The notes under the pieces were generated by a model, which was not told where the DNA came from, ran no database searches, and saw nothing but the letters and a program-made list of their open reading frames with translations. From contig OY759316.1 of assembly GCA_963662275.1 (NCBI GenBank), positions 736,001 through 800,000 of the forward strand: DNA of 64,000 bases, read 5' to 3'. The DNA is from Candidatus Cloacimonadales bacterium (lineage in GTDB: Bacteria > Cloacimonadota > Cloacimonadia > Cloacimonadales > DAONDQ01). Position numbers and translations under genes: made by a program. Positions 47,643 to 57,487 of this stretch are shown here, one piece after another (the first letter of the stretch is position 1; each line of letters begins with the position of its first letter).

Positions 47643-47933
47643 ATGATACGATCTTACGAGAGTATGATCATTTTAGACCCAACATTGAACCAAGAAGAAT
47701 TAGAGAAAGAAAACAACAAGATTCTCGATTTTATCAGGGATAATGGAGGAGAAGTGATCAAGACAGACATTTGGGGAAAACGTCGATTAGCATATCTAAT
47801 CGCCAAAAAGAGTGAGGGTTTCTATCTTATCAATTACTTCCAATTTGAATCAAAGAATACAAAAGTGATTGAAAAATTCTATCAGATTAATGAAAGGATA
47901 CTACGGTTTAATCTCATTAATTTAGAGCAATAG
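47643..47933 (+). CDS. rpsF: 30S ribosomal protein S6
   Basis: AGGAGG RBS; YESMIILDP, WGKRRLAY.I. Confidence 0.95.
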   Translation: MIRSYESMIILDPTLNQEELEKENNKILDFIRDNGGEVIKTDIWGKRRLAYLIAKKSEGFYLINYFQFESKNTKVIEKFYQINERILRFNLINLEQ

Positions 47934-47942
47934 GGGGGTATA

Positions 47943-48377
47943 ATGGCTATGGATTTAAAGGTTCCAAGATTGAATGTTGTACTGATTAGCGGACGTGTTA
48001 CACGTGATCCGGAACTTCGGTACACCCAGAAAGGTACTGCTACGTTACGTTTTTCTATTGCTGCTGATCGTTCAATTAAAGATGAAAATGGGAACTTTCA
48101 GAATGTAACAACTTTTGTTGATATTATGACTTGGACAAAATTAGCGGAAATCTGCGCTGAAAATCTTCATAAAGGCAGTCCGGTGATTGTTCAGGGACGT
48201 TTGGAAATACGAAATTATACGGATCGTGATAATCAGCAAAAGAAAATTACTGAGATCGTAGCTGAAACAGTGCAATTTCTCGAATATAAAACCAGAACAG
48301 ATAGTGCTGTCGAGGATAATCTACACGAATCTGAGCCTGTAAACCCACCTATTACTGATGACGATGTTCCATTTTAA
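47943..48377 (+). CDS. ssb: Single-stranded DNA-binding protein
   Basis: GRVTRDPELRYT; C-terminal DDDVPF. Confidence 0.96.
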   Translation: MAMDLKVPRLNVVLISGRVTRDPELRYTQKGTATLRFSIAADRSIKDENGNFQNVTTFVDIMTWTKLAEICAENLHKGSPVIVQGRLEIRNYTDRDNQQKKITEIVAETVQFLEYKTRTDSAVEDNLHESEPVNPPITDDDVPF

Positions 48378-48388
48378 GAGGAGAGAAT

Positions 48389-48625
48389 ATGAATACTTAC
48401 GATAAAAAGAAGAAGTTCGGAAAGAAAAAGGTATGCCGTTTTTGTGTTAACAAAGAACTGCAACTTAATTATAAGAATATTGATATGTTCCGCAGCTTTA
48501 TTTCGGATGTTGGAAAAATTGAGCCTGCTCGTATTACCGGTAATTGCTCGAAGCACCAGAAACGAATTGCATCCGAAATTAAACTTGCTCGTCAAATGGC
48601 TCTTATTCCATACGTGATAGAGTAA
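48389..48625 (+). CDS. rpsR: 30S ribosomal protein S18
   Basis: CRFC, GKIEPARITG, IKLARQMALIPY. Confidence 0.96.
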   Translation: MNTYDKKKKFGKKKVCRFCVNKELQLNYKNIDMFRSFISDVGKIEPARITGNCSKHQKRIASEIKLARQMALIPYVIE

Positions 48626-48634
48626 ACTACACAG

Positions 48635-49525
48635 GTGTTATTAACGGCTGTTTTTACGGCTTTAATAAGTCTTATATCCCCATTTTTGGGTTTGATCTTT
48701 CTCATTGCTAGTGGCGGGAAGAGTATCATTAGGAACTTCTCGCACGGATATGTGTTTTTCATTCTGTTCAGCGGAATCGTGGTTCTAACTACGCAGTTAG
48801 GTTTATTTCCTGCGGATTTAGTCAGATATGTGGATGTATTGATCGGTGTCGGTTTAGGATCATTCATTTTTTTTGTTTTTCTATTGAAAACTTCAAAATA
48901 TGAATCTTCCATCCTCGCTTTCAGTGGTTTCACTATCCTCTATGCATATGTAAGATCCCGTCTGTTCGGATCGTTCATGCTGCAAAATTATGATCTGATG
49001 GTTGAGTTAAACCCATCATTATTGCCCATGGGTAAGAGTTTGACCCCTGAACAAATAACGATGTTTAAGTATATCGTAAAACTGGGCAGGGATCTCATCG
49101 ATCATTATAATATAGCATTATGGTGTATCGCTATGATCATCGCAGTATATCTTGGATCACTTCTGCTCACAAGAAGTAGGGTCATGACATGGGATCATAA
49201 ATTCCTGAAATTACCTTATGAATTGATCTATCTCTTTATTGGAACAATGATCTTGATTGTAATACCGCTAACAAAAGTCTTAGGACTTAATCTGTTACTT
49301 GCGATATTGCCACTGTATCTGATTCAGGGAAATGCTGTCCTGGATTTTTTCTGGGGTGTTCATTTTGCCAGGTCGCCACTATTACGGTTGTTGTTAATCC
49401 TGGTGATACTTTTGAATTACCCTCTGTTGGTTCTTCTAGCTTTAGTTGGACTGTTTGATAATTGGTTTAATTTCCGAAAAATAGAAATAAGGGAGGAAAA
49501 TGATGAAAATCATTTTGTTGAGTGA
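48635..49525 (+). CDS. DUF2232/YybS-like membrane protein
   Basis: Multi-pass hydrophobic protein ending GLFDNWFNFRK; located between rpsR and rplI. Confidence 0.75.
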   Translation: MLLTAVFTALISLISPFLGLIFLIASGGKSIIRNFSHGYVFFILFSGIVVLTTQLGLFPADLVRYVDVLIGVGLGSFIFFVFLLKTSKYESSILAFSGFTILYAYVRSRLFGSFMLQNYDLMVELNPSLLPMGKSLTPEQITMFKYIVKLGRDLIDHYNIALWCIAMIIAVYLGSLLLTRSRVMTWDHKFLKLPYELIYLFIGTMILIVIPLTKVLGLNLLLAILPLYLIQGNAVLDFFWGVHFARSPLLRLLLILVILLNYPLLVLLALVGLFDNWFNFRKIEIREENDENHFVE

Positions 49526-49946
49526 CATAAATAAGTTGGGTTCGACAGGTGATGTCTTGACCGTTAAGGATGGCTATGCCAGGAATTACTTATTACCTCG
49601 AAAATTTGCGATCATAGCAACCGCTTCGAACTTAAAGCAGCTTCAATCCATCAAGGAAAGAGCATTAAATGAAAAAGAACTAAAACTACAACAAATGAAG
49701 TTAGTAGCAGATTCAATCAATTATGCTGAACTGGTTTTTGTTCGTAAGGTTGATGAAAATGGTCATCTTTATGGTTCTGTTTCTGAAACTGATATCGTTC
49801 ATGGGCTTGCAGAAAAGGGAATTGAAATTCACAGAAATATGGTTGAAATAGAACATCATTTGAAAGAACTCGGATCTTTCAAGGTACAAATTACCTTGGC
49901 TAAAGATATTGTTGCTTCACTAAGTGTAAGGATTGAACAAGAATAA
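49500..49946 (+). CDS. rplI: 50S ribosomal protein L9
   Basis: LG..GD...VKDGYARNYLLP, LYGSV. Confidence 0.96.
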   Translation: MMKIILLSDINKLGSTGDVLTVKDGYARNYLLPRKFAIIATASNLKQLQSIKERALNEKELKLQQMKLVADSINYAELVFVRKVDENGHLYGSVSETDIVHGLAEKGIEIHRNMVEIEHHLKELGSFKVQITLAKDIVASLSVRIEQE

Positions 49947-49962
49947 AGCAACGGGAGAAATC

Positions 49963-50541
49963 ATGAAAAAGTTTTTTGTGATCTTGAAGACCATTATTAT
50001 TTGGTTTGTGTTTATCGCTGCATTATCAATGATTGGAATTACCTCAGATTTCAAGAATAAGGGGCTTGTTTTAGCACTCTATTTTTTGTTTTTTGCTGCT
50101 GTTTTTGGTGTGATTCTATTAGTCATTCGTTCCAAACAAGGTAGAGACCTTGAAGTAAAAAAACAATGGATTTGGTTACCAAGGATTGTTGGTAGTATTC
50201 TGATTATATTTGGAGTGTTACTTCCGGCTTTAACATTGGGAAGAGTTCAAATTCCCAACCTGAAACCCAACTTTTTTGTAGAACTATTACTAACTATTGT
50301 TTTAGTTGGTATTGGAGCATATGCTATTAAAATGATCAACACAGCTAAGAGTCAGAAGAGTCTGGCTTCAGTTGGGGGGTATGTCCTTCTAATTGCGGAA
50401 TCATGTGTACCTGGATTATTAATTTCCAGATTTGATTCAAGCAATGATACTCTTGGTGTTGTTTATTTCGCAGCAATCTTTGTCTCAATTCTATGCTGGT
50501 GGGGATTTTCTATGTTAAAAGGTCATCAGCACGAAATCTAA
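49963..50541 (+). CDS. Hypothetical membrane protein (about 6 TM helices)
   Basis: GGGAG RBS before ATG 49963; hydrophobic segments throughout. Confidence 0.7.
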   Translation: MKKFFVILKTIIIWFVFIAALSMIGITSDFKNKGLVLALYFLFFAAVFGVILLVIRSKQGRDLEVKKQWIWLPRIVGSILIIFGVLLPALTLGRVQIPNLKPNFFVELLLTIVLVGIGAYAIKMINTAKSQKSLASVGGYVLLIAESCVPGLLISRFDSSNDTLGVVYFAAIFVSILCWWGFSMLKGHQHEI

Positions 50542-50869
50542 AATATCCTGGCAGCACGCTGCCAGTCCCTTAAGAGATTTAATTTTCCGTCTCGCTGGAG
50601 AAAAGTACAAGACATTAGTTGAGATCGCTTTGTTGTGGGAGGACTTGGTAGGTCCTCTTTTAGCAGAGCGATCTTTTATTTCTCATTTGGATCAGAATGT
50701 CCTTTTTGTTGGTGTGACAAATTCGACTTGGATGCAGGAATATGTCATACTAAAGCAACCGCTAATTACAAAATTACAAGATCGCGGTTTTTCTCAAGTA
50801 ACCGATATCGTATTTGTCATAAAAAGAGCAAAAAAGACTAGTAAACGTCGTGAGAGGAAAAATGCTTAA
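50531..50869 (+). CDS. DUF721/DciA-like protein; start uncertain (ACG 50531 or TTG 50630)
   Basis: W..LVG..LA.RS......LFVGV..STWMQE...K..LI.KL motif typical of DUF721. Confidence 0.65.
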   Translation, partial: TKSKISWQHAASPLRDLIFRLAGEKYKTLVEIALLWEDLVGPLLAERSFISHLDQNVLFVGVTNSTWMQEYVILKQPLITKLQDRGFSQVTDIVFVIKRAKKTSKRRERKNA

Positions 50870-51518
50870 GATTGCTCCATCCTTTTTATCTGCTGATTTT
50901 TCACAAATTAAACTAGAACTGGAAAAGCTTACAGTTGCGCAACCGGATTGGCTTCATTTAGATGTGATGGATGGTCACTTTGTCCCGAATTTAACATTTG
51001 GTCCACCTCTGATTGAAAAGATTCGGAATCATACGGATTTGCCCCTTGATGTTCATTTAATGGTCACAAATCCATCCGATTATATTGAGCAACTAGCCAA
51101 GATTGGAGTACAGTGTATTTCTTTTCACCAGGAAACCATTTTCCATGCTCATAGGTTAGTGCATCTGATTAAGGATAGGGGTGTTTTGGCTGGTATTGCA
51201 CTCAATCCAGCGGCACCGGTTCATACTTTAAAAAACTTACTTGCGGACTTGGATTTTGTGCTATTAATGAGTGTTAATCCGGGTTTTGGTGGACAGGAAT
51301 TCTTACCTCTTGTACTTCCTAAAATCGCTGAACTCAAGATATTGTGTGAATCAATAAATCCGAATTTATTGATTGAAGTAGATGGTGGTGTGAACGATGA
51401 GAATGGTAGGGATCTTGTGAAAGCCGGAGCAGATATATTAGTTGCCGGCTCATTCATTTTTAAGGCAAAAGATTATAAGGAACAAATCAGGAGATTGAGA
51501 TTATGTTCGGAGATTTAG
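50862..51518 (+). CDS. rpe: Ribulose-phosphate 3-epimerase
   Basis: IAPSFLSADF, HLDVMDGHFVPN, MSVNPGFGGQ, EVDGG. Confidence 0.97.
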   Translation: MLKIAPSFLSADFSQIKLELEKLTVAQPDWLHLDVMDGHFVPNLTFGPPLIEKIRNHTDLPLDVHLMVTNPSDYIEQLAKIGVQCISFHQETIFHAHRLVHLIKDRGVLAGIALNPAAPVHTLKNLLADLDFVLLMSVNPGFGGQEFLPLVLPKIAELKILCESINPNLLIEVDGGVNDENGRDLVKAGADILVAGSFIFKAKDYKEQIRRLRLCSEI

Positions 51519-52825
51519 CAGAACGACTGGAAAAGGTTTTTAAGAGTCTGCGCGGAAGAGGAGTTCTTACCGAACAGAATGTGAAAGATTCCTTACGCGA
51601 GATTCGAATGGCTCTCTTGGAAGCTGATGTTAATTTTAAGATTGTGAAGAATTTTGTTCTGGAAATTGAAAAAAGAGCGTTGGGTCAAGATGTCTTAAAG
51701 TCTCTTACTCCTGGACAACAAGTTGTAAAGATTGTCCATGAGCAACTTATTGATCTCATGGAGACAGGTACTTTTAAGGTTCAAATACATGATAATAAAC
51801 TGACAAAGATCTTGCTCGTAGGTTTACAAGGTTCAGGAAAAACCACGGCTTGTGCAAAACTGGCACAGTTCTTCCGCAAGAAAACCATCAAACCTATGCT
51901 GGTTGCATGTGATGTGTATCGACCTGCCGCTATTCATCAATTACAAATTCTTGGAAAACAACTGGATATTCCGGTTGTTACTGATGATACAAAAGATGTT
52001 CTTCGCATAGCTGACAAAGCTCTCAAAGAAGCAGAGAGGGAATCAATCAATCTTTGCATATTTGATACAGCCGGGAGATTGCACATAGATGAAGATATGA
52101 TGAAGGAAGTAGAGAATCTGAAACGGTTCGTGAAACCGGATTATACATTTTTTGTCGCTGATGCTATGACAGGTCAGGATGCCGTTAATGTAGCCCGAGA
52201 ATTTAATGAAAGAGTCAGTTTTGATGGTGTCATTCTTACAAAGATGGATGGTGATGCTCGGGGTGGGGCTGCTTTATCCATTAAAGCAGTCACAGAAAAA
52301 CCTATAGTCTTTATCGGTGTTGGTGAGAAGATTGGAGACTTGGAAGAATTTCATGCTGACCGAATGGCATCAAGAATCATGGGAATGGGTGATGTGTTAT
52401 CCCTGATAGAACGTGCGGAAGCAAATTTCGACCAGGAAGAAGCAGAAAAGCTTTCCAAGCGCTTGAAAAAGAATCAATTCACATTTACAGATTTTCTAGC
52501 CCAGTTGCAACAAATGAAGAAGATGGGTCCTCTTGATCAACTGATAAAAATGATACCTGGTCTTAGCCCTAAAATGATGGGAGATGTGAAGATCGACGAT
52601 AAGGAACTGAAGCATGTTGAAGCCATTATTTACTCCATGACTGAAAAGGAACGTGAAAATCCCGATATCATCAACGGTGCTAGAAGGTTACGCATTGCGA
52701 AAGGCAGTGGAAGAACCGTCCAGGAAATAAATCGTTTATTACGTCAGTTTGAACAGATGAAGAAAATGCTGAAAGGTTTCAATAGTGGCAAATTCAAACC
52801 TGGTCAGATGGGTATGCCATTTTAG
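51503..52825 (+). CDS. ffh: Signal recognition particle protein
   Basis: GLQGSGKTT, DTAGR, TKMDGDARGGAALS, Met-rich M domain. Confidence 0.98.
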   Translation: MFGDLAERLEKVFKSLRGRGVLTEQNVKDSLREIRMALLEADVNFKIVKNFVLEIEKRALGQDVLKSLTPGQQVVKIVHEQLIDLMETGTFKVQIHDNKLTKILLVGLQGSGKTTACAKLAQFFRKKTIKPMLVACDVYRPAAIHQLQILGKQLDIPVVTDDTKDVLRIADKALKEAERESINLCIFDTAGRLHIDEDMMKEVENLKRFVKPDYTFFVADAMTGQDAVNVAREFNERVSFDGVILTKMDGDARGGAALSIKAVTEKPIVFIGVGEKIGDLEEFHADRMASRIMGMGDVLSLIERAEANFDQEEAEKLSKRLKKNQFTFTDFLAQLQQMKKMGPLDQLIKMIPGLSPKMMGDVKIDDKELKHVEAIIYSMTEKERENPDIINGARRLRIAKGSGRTVQEINRLLRQFEQMKKMLKGFNSGKFKPGQMGMPF

Positions 52826-52899
52826 AGATTGATGTTCTTGGGCTTCCGAACTCTGATTAGGCACATTATAGTTCATCATGAAGCAATTCTTATATTGCA

Positions 52900-54075
52900 T
52901 TATTCCAATAGTAACTTAGCTTCTATCAATTCATGAAATAAGGAACTAAGATTTCGTTCGAGGTTATCAATTGAATAGATATTGGTGATCTTCTTAAATG
53001 CGTTATCTCTAACCTGAACAAAATCATTCGGATGATCAACCACAAAATGAATTGCTTTTACAAATAATTGCTCGTTATCAAGCTGATAGGTAAATCCATT
53101 CTTTCCATGTTCTATAAGATCACCTACTCCCCCTACAAGGCTGGAAATGACAATCTTCCGATTTGCCATCGCTTCTATAATTGTAACCGGAGTACCTTCA
53201 TTCAATGAAGTTAATAGTAATATATCTATGTCGGCATATATAGGCTTCATTTCCTGGATAAAACCTGTGAATATGATTCTATCAGTTAGATGCGCTACTT
53301 TGATTTCCATTTCTAATTCAGCCTTCATTTCTCCATCACCGATCAGACAGAAGGTAAGATCATCTCGACTTTTGATTAATTCCTTAGCAATATCAAGAAA
53401 CATACGAGGGTTTTTAATGGCTGTCAATCTACCGATAAAGGCAATAATATGCTGGTTATCAGCAATTTTAAACTGTTTTCGGAATTTGCCCTTATCCTCA
53501 CTCTGATGGATGATATTTGAAAAATCAAAACCTAATGGGATGATCCTGATCTTTTTTTCGGTAACAATATTGAAATGAAGTAATTCATTCTGCTGCTGAT
53601 TGCTGATCACAATGATCCGATCTGATATTCTTGCCATCCATCTTTCGATTGATATTGAAACAAGAGTCATCATTTTACCAAAATAACCCCTAAAATTATT
53701 ACCATGAAAAGTATGGACTATGATCGGCACACCGCATAACCACGCTGATACTCGACCAACAAATCCAGCTTTTGCAGTATGTGTGTGGACTATATCAGGC
53801 TTGATTTGGCGGATGATCTTCATCATTTTAATGATGGTAAAAATATCTTTAATGGGATGAATGCTGCGACTCATTGATTCAATGTAGTATGGTTTGATTC
53901 CATATTCATCAGCTAAATATGTCATATCCGTCTCATAAGCTTCTATTTTTCCACTCAGGACATAGGACTGATATTCTTCATTGGTAAACAGTTTCGTTAC
54001 GAGCAGCGCATGAAATGAACCTCCGCTTATTCCTAAACGAGTGATGATATTCAGGATTCTAATCTGTCTATTCAT
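52900..54075 (-). CDS. Glycosyltransferase family 4
   Basis: HTHTAKAG, GRL..IKN, SLNEGTPVTIIEAMA. Confidence 0.9.
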   Translation of the reverse strand: MNRQIRILNIITRLGISGGSFHALLVTKLFTNEEYQSYVLSGKIEAYETDMTYLADEYGIKPYYIESMSRSIHPIKDIFTIIKMMKIIRQIKPDIVHTHTAKAGFVGRVSAWLCGVPIIVHTFHGNNFRGYFGKMMTLVSISIERWMARISDRIIVISNQQQNELLHFNIVTEKKIRIIPLGFDFSNIIHQSEDKGKFRKQFKIADNQHIIAFIGRLTAIKNPRMFLDIAKELIKSRDDLTFCLIGDGEMKAELEMEIKVAHLTDRIIFTGFIQEMKPIYADIDILLLTSLNEGTPVTIIEAMANRKIVISSLVGGVGDLIEHGKNGFTYQLDNEQLFVKAIHFVVDHPNDFVQVRDNAFKKITNIYSIDNLERNLSSLFHELIEAKLLLE

Positions 54076-54082
54076 ACTACCA

Positions 54083-55258
54083 TTACTCGATTTCTTTCAT
54101 TTCATAGATCTGTTCAATTTTATCAATAATCTTAGGCAGCATATAGTTTTCCTTCACCGTCTTCTCCCCAGCTATCGCAATTTCTTTTGCTTTTTCAGGG
54201 CTTTGTTTCAGATACGTAATTTTTCCTATTAAATCATCTACGTCTTTAGGCTTCATTAAAAGTCCATTTATTCCATCAACAATAGCTCCATCAATACCTT
54301 GCCCTTGCACACCAATAACAGGAATACAGGCATACATCGCTTCCAAGTAAACAATACCGAAGGACTCGCTATAACTGGGCAGAACAAAAGCATCAAAAAG
54401 AGGATAAAGATTTCGGACAATTTCGTTTGGTTGCCTGGGAATCAAAGCTATATCGCTCTCAAGATGGTTATCTAGAATCAACTGTTTGAGGTGATCTTTC
54501 ATTGGACCACCTCCCAGTATGACGAGTTGAATATCATGATTATCAAGATTCAGCATTTTTACAGCTTCGATTAAAAAATCAAATCCTTTTTCCTGCACCA
54601 GATTACCAACTGATAAAATCTTATAACTCCCGGGTCTCATTTTACTCTTAAGATCATTCTTGAGATTGGATTCTGCAGGAAGAAATGCGGGTATACCATT
54701 ACCAATAACGGTGATCTTTTCTTCATCCAAATAAGATAGCAAATCTTGTTTTATCTTTGGATTTACTGTAAAAACATGCGTCCAATTGGAAAAAGATTTG
54801 AACATGGTTACTTTGTACAATATCCTGGAATATGGATTCTTAATCAAACGTGGGTGTGATTTGATATTATGGAGTGTTAAATATGTCTTTATCCTATTCC
54901 TATCCAATTCATTACGTAAACAGAACAACTCAGGTACATGACGGCAATCATGAACATGGATCATATCCGGCTTCCAGTCCTTGATAGTTTGTCTGATCCC
55001 CGGAATCACATCCCGGAAATAATCAAATACGGAAAGAAAAAATGAGACTTTATTCACCGGCGAATTCACGTAAAGTACTTCATAGTTAGCTTCAGGGTGA
55101 ACACTTGCCTGGTATTGAGCAGGATGATAAGAAGTAGTAGCAATCACTTTCACTTTATACCGTTTGGAAAGCTCATCAACTTGTTGTTTTACAAATATTC
55201 CAGCTACGGGATTTACTTCATCCGGAAACAAATCCGTTATGAATAGCAGTTTTCTCAT
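54083..55258 (-). CDS. Glycosyltransferase family 4
   Basis: GNL..EKG, PSYSESFGIVYLEAM. Confidence 0.9.
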   Translation of the reverse strand: MRKLLFITDLFPDEVNPVAGIFVKQQVDELSKRYKVKVIATTSYHPAQYQASVHPEANYEVLYVNSPVNKVSFFLSVFDYFRDVIPGIRQTIKDWKPDMIHVHDCRHVPELFCLRNELDRNRIKTYLTLHNIKSHPRLIKNPYSRILYKVTMFKSFSNWTHVFTVNPKIKQDLLSYLDEEKITVIGNGIPAFLPAESNLKNDLKSKMRPGSYKILSVGNLVQEKGFDFLIEAVKMLNLDNHDIQLVILGGGPMKDHLKQLILDNHLESDIALIPRQPNEIVRNLYPLFDAFVLPSYSESFGIVYLEAMYACIPVIGVQGQGIDGAIVDGINGLLMKPKDVDDLIGKITYLKQSPEKAKEIAIAGEKTVKENYMLPKIIDKIEQIYEMKEIE

Positions 55259-55324
55259 TCATTATCCTCTTATTTAGACAATAAGCGTGATTTCGCATTT
55301 TTGTCAATGAACTTCATTCTTAAC

Positions 55325-55379
55325 TCTCTCAGGACTCTCTCAGGATTCTCTCAGGATTCTCTCAGGATTCTCTCAGGAC
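55325..55379. repeat. 11-bp tandem repeat TCTCTCAGGAY (5 copies)
   Basis: Units at 55325, 55336, 55347, 55358 and 55369. Confidence 0.92.
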
Positions 55380-55532
55380 ACCCTTAAATAATCCTTAGGA
55401 TTTTAGAGATGGTTGAGAGTAATTTGAGTTAGCATTGATTGTTTATTATATGTCGTTTTCATTGGATAAATCAGAAACCTACTTGGATGGAGTAGGGGAG
55501 TTATCAATGTAGCATGAAAGTGGTCGAAGGAT

Positions 55533-57278
55533 CTATGGAATGATATCGAATACAGTAACTTGTACTTTCCCTTGTCTCTTCAAAATCATGGCGTATTCTT
55601 TACCATACAGACATTTCTTCCTGGTTTGGATTAATTTTGCCTTAAAGAAATAAGCTCTTCTTGTATCATCGAGACAAATATCATTAGATTTCCAAAAGTA
55701 ATGATCAACGGGTAGGGAACGTAAATAAGCCAATGATTCCTGCTTTGCTTCATTCAAAAGATGTATGGGAAGAAAATCCGGATATTGTAGATTAGATGGA
55801 AAGAGAATCCAGTCCCAGAGAAGAAGTTCGTCCAATTCAGAAGATGACGGTATCAATGCTATATCACAAGGTTCATCAAGCTGCTCAGCAGATAACGTTC
55901 TTAAGAGAGTTCTCTGTTGTTCATTGAATTGATAGAAAGATTGAACTATCTTCGCTTTTTTCAGCCAGTCCTTGGTTTTAATGTCCTTTCCGGTAGTAAT
56001 GATATAAGAGGCAAACTCATCAAGCTTATTAAACCCATTTCCCTTTCTTAATTCAAAACAATCTCTAACAACACTGGGAAAGTGTCCTGAATTGATATAA
56101 GAATTCAAGACGATTTCCACGTTCTCACAAGATTGAATCTCAGCAAAGGACATCCATTTCGTAGATAGCACTCGATACGGAGGATCGGAAAGGTATTCAA
56201 TTCCATATTCATCAGTTTTCTTTGCCATGTCAGTTCCTGGAAGTATTTTCAAAAATCCTAGCTGCAGGTGATCGGGTTCCAGGATAAGAAGCTCATTGAT
56301 CGTTTCTCCCAGTTTATCTTTAGTTTCAAAGGGCAATCCAACAATAGCATCATAGTGTTGATGGATTTGCCTAATTTCCTTCAGCTTACGCAATTTCGGT
56401 TCAATCATTTCCCATTCACCTTGTCTTCCTATTTCCCGAATGGTTTGTGAATGTATAGATTGAATACCTATCTCAAACTGGAAGCGTTCCTGTGGGACGC
56501 TACCTAAAATATTGAAATCCTCTTCATCCAAATATAATGGATGTATCTCAAAGTGATACATGATATCGGGGGATTCTTCCTTGAGAAATTGCCAAATTTG
56601 CCTGGCGAAAGATTGATTTACATTAAAACTGCGGTCGATAAATTTAATAATGAAAGGTTCAAATGCCCATAATTGTCTAAGCTCAGATTTTATGGTTTCA
56701 ATATCCCTATATTGCAGATCCTGGTCTTCCCTTGAGGATAAACAGTAGGAGCAGTGAAACGGGCATCCCCGACTTGCTTCATAATAAACATACTTATGCT
56801 TCAAAAGCTCTTTATCACTGGACATATATGGAAATGGAAGTGTTAAAAAATCTGGATTAGAAATACGAAGAATCCTATCAGAATAACTGAAATCTGATTC
56901 TGCAAGTCTGCGAAAAGCTGTTTCACCGGCACCGCATACAATATAGTCAATCATAGGAAACTGATCAAGCCAATGTTCTGCATTATAACTAACTTCCGGA
57001 CCGCCGAGAATGATCTTGGTATGAGGAATTACCTTTTTTATTTCAGGAAGAAGAAGTTTCAATTGCATGGAATTCCAGATATAAACGGATATTCCAATAA
57101 CATCTGGATTAGATTCTACAATTTGAAGCAAAATGAGTAAAAGATCATCGTGAATAGTAAATTCTCTCATATCAATATCATGGCTAAAATTGAGCAAACT
57201 CGTCCGTAAGGCATAAATCGCTAGGTTAGAGTGTGTAAAACGTGCATTGAACGCAAGTAACATTATCTTCTTTTTCAT
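55533..57278 (-). CDS. B12-binding radical SAM protein (DUF4080-type C-terminus)
   Basis: B12-binding N-terminus (SVYIWN, LGGPEVS); YEASRGCPFHCSYC CxxxCxxC motif. Confidence 0.88.
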   Translation of the reverse strand: MKKKIMLLAFNARFTHSNLAIYALRTSLLNFSHDIDMREFTIHDDLLLILLQIVESNPDVIGISVYIWNSMQLKLLLPEIKKVIPHTKIILGGPEVSYNAEHWLDQFPMIDYIVCGAGETAFRRLAESDFSYSDRILRISNPDFLTLPFPYMSSDKELLKHKYVYYEASRGCPFHCSYCLSSREDQDLQYRDIETIKSELRQLWAFEPFIIKFIDRSFNVNQSFARQIWQFLKEESPDIMYHFEIHPLYLDEEDFNILGSVPQERFQFEIGIQSIHSQTIREIGRQGEWEMIEPKLRKLKEIRQIHQHYDAIVGLPFETKDKLGETINELLILEPDHLQLGFLKILPGTDMAKKTDEYGIEYLSDPPYRVLSTKWMSFAEIQSCENVEIVLNSYINSGHFPSVVRDCFELRKGNGFNKLDEFASYIITTGKDIKTKDWLKKAKIVQSFYQFNEQQRTLLRTLSAEQLDEPCDIALIPSSSELDELLLWDWILFPSNLQYPDFLPIHLLNEAKQESLAYLRSLPVDHYFWKSNDICLDDTRRAYFFKAKLIQTRKKCLYGKEYAMILKRQGKVQVTVFDIIP

Positions 57279-57288
57279 GAATGTCCTT

Positions 57289-57361
57289 GTAGAGTCGCTC
57301 AACCTGAACTTCTCAAAATTCTTGTTTGGCGGTATGAGACGCTCGGGTTGAGCGTCTCTAT
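57289..57361. repeat. Inverted pair of REP-like hairpins (REPIN-like)
   Basis: GTAGAGTCGCTCAACCTGAACTTCTC ... GAGACGCTCGGGTTGAGCGTCTCTAT. Confidence 0.65.
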
Positions 57362-57487
57362 AAATACATTCAAAGCATTATTATTGAGTGTCAAGGACTG
57401 TTTTGCATACGAGATTTAATTTGACACATGCGCCCTTTTGAAAGAACTGGAGAGTAGATTTCTAATGAATTTAGAAATGGAGGTTAC

